64,000 nt of DNA. Origin: a virus. Every line of letters begins with the position of its first letter. Position 1 is the stretch's first letter. Shown here piece after piece: positions 43,657 through 52,476 of this stretch. The notes beneath the pieces were generated by a model. That model was not told the origin of the DNA. It saw nothing but the letters and a program-made list of their open reading frames with translations, and did not search any database. The stretch is from IMG/VR virus record IMGVR_UViG_3300045988_179183. One strand, written 5' to 3'. A program made the translations under genes and the position numbers.

Positions 43657-45624
43657 TTACGTTAGTATCAACACCTCCGTGTTTTCATTCGCGTAAATAG
43701 CCATTTGTTGATTTCTCTCGTCCCAGTTTGTTCGACCGTTCATAAACAGGATCGTATCCTTACAGTTTTTCAAAATATTTTCGAACGATTCATATTCATT
43801 GGACCAGAAAACAACCGTTCGAAACTGGTAATTCTGCTCAAGCGTGATGATGGCGTAATCACCCTTTCGTCCAGTTTTTATTGCGATTTCATACACATAA
43901 CCCCCAGCCGTTAAATTATAACTTTTCGTTTCCAAGGGATCGTCCACTATTTCCGAAAAATCTTTGAAAGGATACTCCGAATCACCAACCATCTCCTTGA
44001 AATAATCCAAGTATAATTTTGAGTAATTGAAAAACGCCAAACCACACAATTTCTTCTGCCTCAAATTATGCCACCACTCTAGTTTCACCTTATCGGGATT
44101 CAACTCAAACACATCTTTTTCCTTATCGATTTTTACCTTATTAACGGTTCTGTATCGTTTTATAAGTTTTATCCTGTCTATAACGTTTGATATTGATTCT
44201 AGCTTATCGAAAGCACCACATGAAATCAAATTTTCTATAACACTTTTATTAACGGCACTTCCTTTCTGTGAATGACGGTCTAAAAATTCATCAAAACCAA
44301 AGTAGGGGCCGTTCTCGGATCTTTCCTTCATGATCTCCGCTTGTGCCTTCTCGCCGACCTGTTTCACTGATGAGATTGACCACACCAAACTTTTATCAGT
44401 GAAATCTGTCTTGATCTTATCCGTCGATTCATTAATATCAGGGGGGGTCACCTTGATATTTCCTATTTCATTTATCTCGTGTAGATAAACGGGGAAATCA
44501 TCATCATCAGCGTAGGAGAACGCAACGGACCAGAAAGCTAACGGATAATTTACTTTTAACCACTGACACGCGTATCCTGTGTTTGCATACGCGACCGCGT
44601 GGGATTTATTGAACTGATAATCAGCCATATTCTCAATTTCCTTCCATGTCTCTTCCGCGTATTTTTGATCAACACCGAAATTCTCGATATAATTTTTCAA
44701 AAATCTTTCCCTGAAGGGTTGAAGTTTCTCCACGTTCTTCTTACCAATCGCACGGCGTGCGCCATCCGCGTCAACAAGATTAAACCCTCCTAACACTTGG
44801 AACATTTTCATTGTCTGCTCCTGCCATATCATGATATACCGGCTACTTTGAAGTATTTCTCCCGCCCCTTTTCTAAATGATACTTCCCTCTCACCCTTTT
44901 TACGAAGGATATACTCGTTATGGAAATTTCCCTCCATAACCCCCGGTCGATATAACCCAATACAGTTTACAAGCTCTGTTATGTTATCGGGCTTTAACAT
45001 CTTACAATATCCGGTTAACCCTTTCGCGCCAAAATGAAATACATCACCATTCCACCCCCTTTGAAAATACGAGTAAACTTTCGGATCATCAAGAGGTAAT
45101 TCATAGAGGTTGATTTCTTCACCAGTATCATCTTTGATTAATTTCAATATATCACCGAACTTACTTAACTGCAAGATTCCCAGAATATCCTCTTTCAAAA
45201 AACCCGCGGTGTCAAGTTCACCACCCTCCCACTCACTGATCAACATATCACCCTGCCGGCGAATCGGATTCCAATGATACATATCCTTTTCATCCGGGTA
45301 AATCATCATGGCACATGCGTGAATCGATTTCGCCTTAGGTTGACCCTGTATCAAGCCGACCATCTCGATGATCTCCGGGTTTCTGTTAATGAAATTCGCG
45401 ACATCTTTTTTCTGACAGGCGATTCTGAATAAATCATCAAAATCCTTCACACCATCTATTTTAGAAGTAAATGAGTTTACCTCTGCGACGGGGACACCTT
45501 TCAACCTACATAGATCCTTGACGGCGGCCTTGACTTGAAGAGTCGTGTAGGTTCCCACGGAGCAAACTTGATCGGCACCGTAACGCTCCTCCATGTATCT
45601 TTTAACTTCCGGTCTTCTCGCCAT
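43657..45624 (-). CDS. dnaE: DNA polymerase III alpha (DnaE), C-terminal segment
   Basis: RRPEVKRYMEERYGADQVCSVGTYTTLQVKAAVKDLCR matches the DnaE palm/fingers. The frame is open upstream to 45693 and encodes ...RLRDIDTDFE (catalytic Asp motif) before the first ATG. Confidence 0.85.
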   Translation of the reverse strand: MARRPEVKRYMEERYGADQVCSVGTYTTLQVKAAVKDLCRLKGVPVAEVNSFTSKIDGVKDFDDLFRIACQKKDVANFINRNPEIIEMVGLIQGQPKAKSIHACAMMIYPDEKDMYHWNPIRRQGDMLISEWEGGELDTAGFLKEDILGILQLSKFGDILKLIKDDTGEEINLYELPLDDPKVYSYFQRGWNGDVFHFGAKGLTGYCKMLKPDNITELVNCIGLYRPGVMEGNFHNEYILRKKGEREVSFRKGAGEILQSSRYIMIWQEQTMKMFQVLGGFNLVDADGARRAIGKKNVEKLQPFRERFLKNYIENFGVDQKYAEETWKEIENMADYQFNKSHAVAYANTGYACQWLKVNYPLAFWSVAFSYADDDDFPVYLHEINEIGNIKVTPPDINESTDKIKTDFTDKSLVWSISSVKQVGEKAQAEIMKERSENGPYFGFDEFLDRHSQKGSAVNKSVIENLISCGAFDKLESISNVIDRIKLIKRYRTVNKVKIDKEKDVFELNPDKVKLEWWHNLRQKKLCGLAFFNYSKLYLDYFKEMVGDSEYPFKDFSEIVDDPLETKSYNLTAGGYVYEIAIKTGRKGDYAIITLEQNYQFRTVVFWSNEYESFENILKNCKDTILFMNGRTNWDERNQQMAIYANENTEVLILT

Positions 45625-45657
45625 CTCGAAATCAGTATCGATGTCCCTTAGTCTGGC

Positions 45658-46643
45658 AGCGAACCGTGCTTGATTCGCTGCCGCTTTTCTAATTTAATTG
45701 ATTTAACTATATATTCCATTTCAAATTTTGTTTTATCTGTTTTACAAATCTAGATTTTTCAATAAAAGACATCACCTTTCTCCTTATATCTGTTTCTCTT
45801 AAATACACCTCCGTATATAAAGGAACCCATTTCCTTTCGAATAGCTTGCCTTTCTGAAGAAAAGTAAGTAATGTATCATGATTACCACTCGGTGATAATG
45901 TTTTTTGTGCGTCATAAGCAGATAGAAATTTATGTACCTCTAAAGTATAAATATTTATCATCACAATCGGTTTCGCATTCGGATTAAGACTCCCTTTCGC
46001 AACACCCCGGTCTTTTCGGATTACTGAGATATGATCCTTCATTTCCTGGGACCATTTATTCCCATAATTACCATTTTTCCCACCCACTCGTCTCGGCGGC
46101 TTAATACCGCCAATTTTTAAATTTAGTGTTCGTCGATCTCTCACCCACTGATGATCAACTACACGTTTTTCCTGAATCAATGCATCATCTACGGTATTAA
46201 AATACAACAAATTCACTCTCTTAAACGCACCAACCCCGTACAATCTCACGCAATTACCTAATGGCATTGGTAAAGGGTCCTTGTAATCTTTTAAACCGGT
46301 GGAGTAATCCGTCTTGATTCCGCCACCAATATAAGAATCTTCCACTGTTTTTGATGAATGAACCCCAACATATACTTTTCCGTTTACCATACAGGTTGTT
46401 TTATACAAAATATTATAAAGGTTATTGTCACCCTTAAACGGATTCTTTTGTCCGTTCGAGCATTTTGCTAATATCTCCTGATCCGACACTAACGATTCTA
46501 TCTCCATCTTTTAAATCTTGAGCTTTTACATCTAATTTTTCTCCCGATCTAAAAATACACACTTTATCATCAAAATCCAACTCTATATCTAAATTATTAT
46601 CGAATGTGATTTTTACAACGTCCACTTCAACTTGTTGACCGAT
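45658..46643 (-). mobile_element. ~1-kb insertion splitting dnaE: GIY-YIG endonuclease cassette, possibly a group I intron (boundaries approximate)
   Basis: DnaE homology stops after FERFLNKGR (codon at 46646-46644) and resumes at ARLRDIDTDF (from ~45657). The endonuclease ORF fills most of the gap. Confidence 0.45.
45707..46507 (-). CDS. GIY-YIG homing endonuclease
   Basis: NILYKTTCMVNGKVYVGVH (GIY...YVG), later GGKNGNYGNKWSQEMKDHIS and NPNAKPIV repeats typical of I-TevI-like enzymes. Confidence 0.75.
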   Translation of the reverse strand: MEIESLVSDQEILAKCSNGQKNPFKGDNNLYNILYKTTCMVNGKVYVGVHSSKTVEDSYIGGGIKTDYSTGLKDYKDPLPMPLGNCVRLYGVGAFKRVNLLYFNTVDDALIQEKRVVDHQWVRDRRTLNLKIGGIKPPRRVGGKNGNYGNKWSQEMKDHISVIRKDRGVAKGSLNPNAKPIVMINIYTLEVHKFLSAYDAQKTLSPSGNHDTLLTFLQKGKLFERKWVPLYTEVYLRETDIRRKVMSFIEKSRFVKQIKQNLKWNI

Positions 46644-48056
46644 ACGACCTTTATTCAGAAAACGTTCGAATAGCAAATCGTAATCAAACGGGTTAATGTG
46701 CGTCAGACCCAATAAATAGGCGACGAGGGAGCCACAAGCTGATCCACGGCCGAACCCTACGAGTATACCTTGACGTTTACACCATTGGGTGATATCCCAA
46801 AGTATCAAGAAATAATCAACAACATCTCCGTATTTAATTACATCTATCTCAGTTTCAAGTCTATCAAGATACTTCTCTTGTTCATCAACATCACTTATCC
46901 CCATGCTATTAAACCCATCCGCGACCAAGGATATAAGCATATCAACTTTTGATCCATCATATTTCTTGAACTCCTCCTCGGTCATTTTATATTTAGGAAG
47001 ATGACGTTGTGATAGATCGACCTTGAAATTACTACACCTTTCAGCGATATCATTTGTGTTCTCGATCGCGAATCCGATGATATCAAGCATAATATCTTGG
47101 TCATTATCAGAGAATAACTCCCTAATCTCCATCAAATATTCTTCGTTACATTTGAAGTATTGATTTTTTGAAAAATCGTTACTTATACCCGCGGATGAAT
47201 TCAACGCTTTTTTCAGATAGAAATATTCTTGGTCCAAATAATACGCATCACAGATATTTGTGGGCAACATGGAACTTGAGAAATATTCCTGAAGATTCAA
47301 AAGATATACCCTATCTCTTTCATTTGAATCAAACTTAACTGAATCAAGTTGATAGTATGTGTTCATCAATTCTTTCGGCACATCTTTAAATTGCAGGCTC
47401 TTCGGGTCAATCACGATAATTAATCCCTCTCTCAATGACAGAAACTTTCCTTCATCGATCCTCACATTATTATCAACGTTAATTTCCTTGTTGATAGAAA
47501 GAAGGTTCATCCACCCTGTTTCATCCACGACGTAAACCTTCACATCGTACAGAAGATCTTTCTTTTGATTGAACACGGTAACGGTTTCACCGATCACCGG
47601 TTTCAAACCGTGTTTCTGGCATTCCAACTGAAATTTAAGCACACCCGCAAGTGTGTTTTTCTCACAGATACCCAAAATACTCACACCGAAAAAATTCGCT
47701 TTTCGACACCAATCTCCATAATCTCCGGTTCCGTTCAATAATTCAAACGGACCTCTCACTCCCAGAAATGATTCGGTCGGTAAATCACTATCAACCTTAC
47801 CGATATATTTCAAGAGTTTCAACTTCACTTTCGATTCATTACCCTTTCTCAAAGTGTAATACAGACGGCCGAACTTATAGATGTAATTATTCGCAGTGAT
47901 GGGTGTTCCTATGTAATTAAACCCTCGATCAAACAGAAGTCCGTCGACATTGGGCCCTGATAATTCATATGTATCACCATCCATTGTGATAATACCCAGG
48001 TCGGAAATATCATATATAAATCCATTGCGATCGAGATACGATAACAGTTCTTTCAT
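46434..48056 (-). CDS. dnaE: DNA polymerase III alpha (DnaE), N-terminal segment (PHP-like domain plus start of palm)
   Basis: GFGRGSACGSLVAYLLGLTHINPFDYDLLFERFLNKGR is the DnaE signature. The last 69 codons (46437-46643) have no DnaE counterpart. Confidence 0.85.
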   Translation of the reverse strand: MKELLSYLDRNGFIYDISDLGIITMDGDTYELSGPNVDGLLFDRGFNYIGTPITANNYIYKFGRLYYTLRKGNESKVKLKLLKYIGKVDSDLPTESFLGVRGPFELLNGTGDYGDWCRKANFFGVSILGICEKNTLAGVLKFQLECQKHGLKPVIGETVTVFNQKKDLLYDVKVYVVDETGWMNLLSINKEINVDNNVRIDEGKFLSLREGLIIVIDPKSLQFKDVPKELMNTYYQLDSVKFDSNERDRVYLLNLQEYFSSSMLPTNICDAYYLDQEYFYLKKALNSSAGISNDFSKNQYFKCNEEYLMEIRELFSDNDQDIMLDIIGFAIENTNDIAERCSNFKVDLSQRHLPKYKMTEEEFKKYDGSKVDMLISLVADGFNSMGISDVDEQEKYLDRLETEIDVIKYGDVVDYFLILWDITQWCKRQGILVGFGRGSACGSLVAYLLGLTHINPFDYDLLFERFLNKGRIGQQVEVDVVKITFDNNLDIELDFDDKVCIFRSGEKLDVKAQDLKDGDRIVSVGSGDISKMLERTKESV

Positions 48057-48079
48057 ATTTTAAATATAATGGGAACCCT

Positions 48080-48097
48080 TTTACGGGGCCCCGTAAA
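48080..48097 (-). terminator. 18-bp GC-cored perfect palindrome (hairpin) between genes
   Basis: tttacggggccccgtaaa. No clear U-tract, so terminator function is uncertain. Confidence 0.3.
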
Positions 48098-48104
48098 TTC
48101 AAAT

Positions 48105-48701
48105 TTATATCTCGCCCTGGCTGGAATCACAACTCGATGCCTCAATTGCCTTAACACACTTGTAAATATACACGTTGCTTTTTCCAAGAATGGTTGCTAT
48201 TTCAGCTTTTTTCTTTCCCTCAGAGAGAAGTTGTTTGATTTGAGGTAATAGTGGGTTACTGAGAGAGATCACACCGTTTCTCTTCCCGGTCACTGACTGT
48301 TTCTTCGCCTTCTTCTCAGCCGGTTTTTCATCCACACTTTTATCCGTTTCAACTGTGTGCTTCCTGAAATCATCCGGGTTGAAATTTTCACGGAATGAAA
48401 GGATCGCATCCAACTCACTCTCTTCAAGATCCTTCATATCGCGATCATCAACAATCGCGTCAACCCTGGCGTATAAATCGCATGCGCCAAACGCCGCCAG
48501 TTGATCGTAAAATTCGGTTGCCTGATCGCACTTGCTCTTTACATCCTGACCCAGTTGATCCGCAACCGAATTCTTTCGAGCCTCATATTCTTCCAATGTC
48601 TCAACTAATTTTAAATTAGACATTGTGATATAATTTTTAATTCCACGAATTGATGCTTCTTTACGAAGTTCCTCACGGGTCATTTCACTAAACTTTTTCA
48701 T
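48105..48701 (-). CDS. Putative DNA-binding protein (SAP-like N-terminus, HTH-like C-terminus)
   Basis: MTREELRKEASIRGIKNYITMSNLKLVETLEE (SAP-like); KKKAEIATILGKSNVYIYKCVKAIE (HTH-like). Confidence 0.45.
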   Translation of the reverse strand: MKKFSEMTREELRKEASIRGIKNYITMSNLKLVETLEEYEARKNSVADQLGQDVKSKCDQATEFYDQLAAFGACDLYARVDAIVDDRDMKDLEESELDAILSFRENFNPDDFRKHTVETDKSVDEKPAEKKAKKQSVTGKRNGVISLSNPLLPQIKQLLSEGKKKAEIATILGKSNVYIYKCVKAIEASSCDSSQGEI

Positions 48702-48745
48702 AATCTCTTGTTTTTAAGTTGTTACTGTTTCATTGTTTCAATGTC

Positions 48746-48776
48746 TAAAGATACACAATGTTTATTTATTTACCAA
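48746..48776 (-). promoter_or_regulatory. Promoter (-7 TATCTTTA)
   Basis: TTGG-N20/21-TATCTTTA, 44 nt upstream of ATG 48701. Abuts the stop of 48766..49569. Confidence 0.55.
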
Positions 48777-49569
48777 CGAATCCAGCAAAAAATCGGTACT
48801 TTTCAATATTAAATTTTATGTCATTCCATTGAGATTGTTGTACATCGATACCCACCATCTTATGAAGCATCACGGGAATTTTTTCTTCAAGTCCGCTATC
48901 CGTATATCTTACACCGTGTAAACCATGAATAACTGGATTAGATGTATCGATACTTCTGATAAAGTGATACTTATCCTCGTTATATTGGCAAACTTCTTGC
49001 GGTAATACTGTGCCCAGTAAATGCAACGGCTTTTCACAATCCATAACACCGTGATTGATGAGCTGGTCAATGAACATTTTTCTTCCTCTACAATATGCCT
49101 TCGATGTATTCTCATCAGCCGCGAGACTTAAATAAATGGGTAAGTTGAAAGGTAGCGCAACCATATCACAGCATTCGACCATGCATTTATAGCATTCGAC
49201 AAGTTCATTCCAACTTATCCCCTGAACAACACCGATTGAATAGCTGCACGATATTTTCTCCCACGTTCTCGCCATTCTCATCGTTTCTTTCGCATTTCTC
49301 AAAACATCGGGTAAAACGTAATAAGTTGGCTTCAGTGCCTTAATCCATGAACGAAATCTATTTGCGTCAAATGCCGACCCCAATTCGAACACTGAATTGT
49401 CAAGAATTACCTCGCGTCCCTTGTTAACAAGCGCATCCATGAAAAATTCGAAATAATCGCCACCTATATCGGGATCTTCAAACAAGTGAACAAGTGCGTA
49501 ATCATAATCAGTCATCGATTGAACCTTGTTCATAATCGATAACGGTGCTTCATGCGCTATCTTAATCAT
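48766..49569 (-). CDS. Uncharacterised protein, possibly a second TGT/DpdA-fold paralog
   Basis: REVILDNSVFELG vs DpdA DRIWLDSGGFTLF; GVVQGISWNE vs SIGGLAQGRE; PLHLLGT vs YVHLLGC. An 8-nt overlap with the queC stop suggests coupling. Confidence 0.4.
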   Translation of the reverse strand: MIKIAHEAPLSIMNKVQSMTDYDYALVHLFEDPDIGGDYFEFFMDALVNKGREVILDNSVFELGSAFDANRFRSWIKALKPTYYVLPDVLRNAKETMRMARTWEKISCSYSIGVVQGISWNELVECYKCMVECCDMVALPFNLPIYLSLAADENTSKAYCRGRKMFIDQLINHGVMDCEKPLHLLGTVLPQEVCQYNEDKYHFIRSIDTSNPVIHGLHGVRYTDSGLEEKIPVMLHKMVGIDVQQSQWNDIKFNIEKYRFFAGFVGK

Positions 49570-51292
49570 TGTGTTGATATTTTATGGGATCCGTCATTCC
49601 GTTTAATTCAAACGCTTCGAGCCGCTCGGTACAATTATGCACCAAATATCCCTCACAAATAAATGAACCAGCACTAGTCTTAATATCATATACATGTGCC
49701 TCCTTAACTGGTTCATCTATTTTATTTACCACCACTTGGTCTAAAAGCCTTATTGAATTATATGTGCCTAACTTTTCAAGCATCGACGCACGTTTTCCCG
49801 CACCGTACTTTAATGTAATTATGTACGGTCTTGTTACTCTCCAAGTTTGCATAAGGGTACCGCCCTCTTTAAAACCGGGCGTAACGGATTGCGACCTGTC
49901 ACACTTAATCCCCAACAATGATAATGCTTTATCGATTTGAATACACTTTTCTTTATTCACAATCACTGCTTGGCTTATAGAAAAACCGAATGATCCATTT
50001 GATTTATTATGACAAGCACACCCATCAGCTATCAACATTCCGTTTAAATACCCGCGCAAATACTCAGGGTGTTCATTAAATTTTGTCTTCTCAAGAAACA
50101 CAGGACCATAACCGCCACCAGCACGGTGCATGTTGGTATCCTCCCTGTAAGTGATTTTTACATCACATGGCTTGATATATTTATCATAAAGAGACCAAAA
50201 TTCTTCCAATACATCGAACTCCTTTTGAAATGTATGAACACCCCGTGTGTCAATGGATCCATCACCATCAGCAAATCCACGTAAATAACCCAGGGCGAAT
50301 TTTTCATCATCAACCTCTTTTCTTGTATTTGATACTGGCCAAAATTTCACCATATAAGTAGCATCCTTTCTCTTCATCTCCTCGTACTTTCTATATCTTG
50401 GCCTTAACTTCATATTTGAAGCATACACATAATGATCCTTCGTTAAAAGAAGACCCGCCATATCATATACCGGTTGAATACCATTATCAAACTTATCCAA
50501 TACCTTCGCCACACAAATTTTCTTCGTGTTTTCATCCACGGACCACACTTCGTCTCCAATACAAATATCCTTAATTTGCTTCCATGTATTATCACTCATC
50601 AGTACTTTCTGCGATTCTTCTATACACGACCCACACCTTCCACACGATCTTCCTTCTGGATCGGGATTATAGCACGTGTGAGTGTTACCCAGAACCAAAT
50701 TAATTTCATAATCATTGAACCCGAGGATCGTCATCGCACGTAACCCTTCGGCAAGTACACCGCCCTTATCCATGTGATTGAACGGAGCTTCGTATCCCAC
50801 TCTTTCACTACCCCAATTCGATACTTTAAACGCGTGCTCACAAGCGATTCGAGATTCCTCGGATGTATCAGGATAACAGCAATGATCGCCGCTATGTAGG
50901 CCTAAAAACACATCAACATTACTCTCCGTTTTATTCGCCCATGAAAGTGCCTTCCCATAAATGATAGCGGAAAAGATCACGTTTCTATTTTCAATAACCG
51001 TTGATTTCATATTTTCGGACGCGTAATGACCTTCCGGTATAGGTTCACCACCTACATGAAGGGACGAATTACTGTCACTGAAACAATCCCTCAGATCGAT
51101 AATCTGGTGTGATAACTTAAACCTCTTACCTTGCAAGAACTCAATATTTCTTTTCACCTTCTCCAATTCAACCTGATGCTTCTGACCGTATTGAAAAGAA
51201 TAAGCCTTAACTTCGTAATCATGAGCAAGTAAATACATGAGCAAGCACGTACTATCCAATCCGCCCGATAAACTTAAAATCGCCTTTTTCAT
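49562..51292 (-). CDS. queC: 7-cyano-7-deazaguanine (preQ0) synthase QueC, interrupted by one intein
   Basis: MKKAILSLSGGLDST (PP-loop), Zn-site Cys cluster SCGRCGS[intein]CTERLEAF. Start trimmed from 51349 to ATG 51292, 1 nt after the upstream stop. Confidence 0.85.
   Translation of the reverse strand: MKKAILSLSGGLDSTCLLMYLLAHDYEVKAYSFQYGQKHQVELEKVKRNIEFLQGKRFKLSHQIIDLRDCFSDSNSSLHVGGEPIPEGHYASENMKSTVIENRNVIFSAIIYGKALSWANKTESNVDVFLGLHSGDHCCYPDTSEESRIACEHAFKVSNWGSERVGYEAPFNHMDKGGVLAEGLRAMTILGFNDYEINLVLGNTHTCYNPDPEGRSCGRCGSCIEESQKVLMSDNTWKQIKDICIGDEVWSVDENTKKICVAKVLDKFDNGIQPVYDMAGLLLTKDHYVYASNMKLRPRYRKYEEMKRKDATYMVKFWPVSNTRKEVDDEKFALGYLRGFADGDGSIDTRGVHTFQKEFDVLEEFWSLYDKYIKPCDVKITYREDTNMHRAGGGYGPVFLEKTKFNEHPEYLRGYLNGMLIADGCACHNKSNGSFGFSISQAVIVNKEKCIQIDKALSLLGIKCDRSQSVTPGFKEGGTLMQTWRVTRPYIITLKYGAGKRASMLEKLGTYNSIRLLDQVVVNKIDEPVKEAHVYDIKTSAGSFICEGYLVHNCTERLEAFELNGMTDPIKYQHND
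49634..50626 (-). mobile_element. Intein (331 aa) with LAGLIDADG endonuclease, in QueC
   Basis: CIEESQKVLMSDNTWKQIKDICIGDEVWSV (block A), LLLTKDHYV (block B), LGYLRGFADGDGS and LRGYLNGMLIADGCA, ends EGYLVHN|C. Confidence 0.8.
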
Positions 51293-51293
51293 T

Positions 51294-51878
51294 TTATAAT
51301 CTGTAATTAAATTCCATAATATCCAATACCTGGGAAACTCTTTCGTCAATACTTCCGCTCACATAGTGTATCCCTCGTGGTGCGAAGTCTTGTAACATAC
51401 GCGCGTTTTTCTCAAATAAACGATCGATTTCCTTTTGAAATACTTCATCAGTTGACCGAACTCCGTCGTCCACGATTTTAAACTCCGGCCTCAGTACAAT
51501 GTGATGGCTGTAAAGGGGCTCTATATGAAATAGAAGTTGGGTGACCGTGTCAACCATTTCATCCCAGAGAGGCCTATCCTCGCTCGATGACCTGTCCCGG
51601 TTATACTCCGTGTAGCATAGAACATCTAATAAACATCTATCGGAAATAATATGATCATGCGCTGACATCGCTGACTCGATAATTTCTTTCACATACGAAG
51701 TTGCGATCCAAAGTTGATCATAAATACCCGCTTCCTTATTAATCTTTATGCCGCGATCATTACCTTTCCTTGAAGGAGATCCCATAAAGAGAGATCCCTT
51801 CAAACACTCCTCCTTTTTCAACGCCTCAATTAACGTTGTCTTACCTGTGCATTGAGCACCTGAAATTGATATAATCAT
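51294..51878 (-). CDS. P-loop nucleoside/nucleotide kinase-like protein
   Basis: MIISISGAQCTGKTTLIEAL (Walker A at the extreme N-terminus), later ISDRCLLD (kinase-like DR motif). Confidence 0.5.
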   Translation of the reverse strand: MIISISGAQCTGKTTLIEALKKEECLKGSLFMGSPSRKGNDRGIKINKEAGIYDQLWIATSYVKEIIESAMSAHDHIISDRCLLDVLCYTEYNRDRSSSEDRPLWDEMVDTVTQLLFHIEPLYSHHIVLRPEFKIVDDGVRSTDEVFQKEIDRLFEKNARMLQDFAPRGIHYVSGSIDERVSQVLDIMEFNYRL

Positions 51879-51898
51879 TTTTAAACAATTAATTTATT

Positions 51899-51958
51899 TC
51901 TAACACCATAAAGATACACAAAGTGTATCGAATTATCAACAAAAACAGAGATTATTTT
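51899..51958 (-). repeat. Promoter cassette variant, copy B
   Basis: Near-identical to 30801-30860. Perfect inverted repeat GATACACAAAGTGTATC at 51913-51929. Confidence 0.9.
51909..51943 (-). promoter_or_regulatory. Promoter (-7 TATCTTTA) with a perfect 7-3-7 inverted repeat
   Basis: 30 nt upstream of ATG 51878. An internal promoter inside the deazaguanine cluster. Confidence 0.6.
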
Positions 51959-52452
51959 CTCTGTTTGTCGTTTTGATATTGGCCGTTATATAAATCTTCC
52001 TCGTTTACATCCGTGCAATCATAACAGTAGAACTGGGCCACGCGGGCGTTCTTCTCGATCGTGATTGTGTGAAACACTTCCATGAACGTACCCATCGAAT
52101 CAGTGTGAAAACCCGCGTCGAAAATCGATGAATAAATCCAAGCACCGCACCGGGCAACTGAACTTCGCTGTACTATCCGACCCATTTTGTTTTTGGGTAT
52201 GTTACAACCTTCAATGAAATCAACCATGTAATACCCCGGAGGTAGATGCCAAACTTCGTTTCCATTTATATCAGGAAAACATCGAACTTCTTCGTATGAG
52301 GGTAACATTGTTTTGCCCTCGCGGGGTATGAATCCATGACCTTTCACAACACTTACCTTTCTCAACCGAATATCACATCCGTGCTGGGTTAGATTCTCTT
52401 CTAAATGATTAACGATAACACCTTCTCCGTGTAATTCCTTTCCGTTTAACAT
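51952..52452 (-). CDS. dCTP deaminase / dUTPase-superfamily protein
   Basis: GRIVQRSSVARCGAWIYSSIFDAGFHTDSMGTFMEVF...ARVAQF matches the RSS.aR.G...DpGf.G pattern of Dcd/Dut trimeric enzymes. Confidence 0.65.
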   Translation of the reverse strand: MLNGKELHGEGVIVNHLEENLTQHGCDIRLRKVSVVKGHGFIPREGKTMLPSYEEVRCFPDINGNEVWHLPPGYYMVDFIEGCNIPKNKMGRIVQRSSVARCGAWIYSSIFDAGFHTDSMGTFMEVFHTITIEKNARVAQFYCYDCTDVNEEDLYNGQYQNDKQRK

Positions 52453-52476
52453 AATCTCTAATTTATTAAAATTTAA

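Noticed and set aside
46434-46643. Tail of the DnaE N-terminal ORF (…DDKVCIFRSGEKLDVKAQDLKDGDRIVSV…) as the N-fragment of a split intein
   Set aside because: It looks superficially Hint-like. However, there is no Cys/Ser at the point where DnaE homology ends. No C-intein (…HN + nucleophile) precedes the C-terminal DnaE segment, since only 15 open codons lie upstream of DIDTDF. It is more likely intron or insertion read-through.
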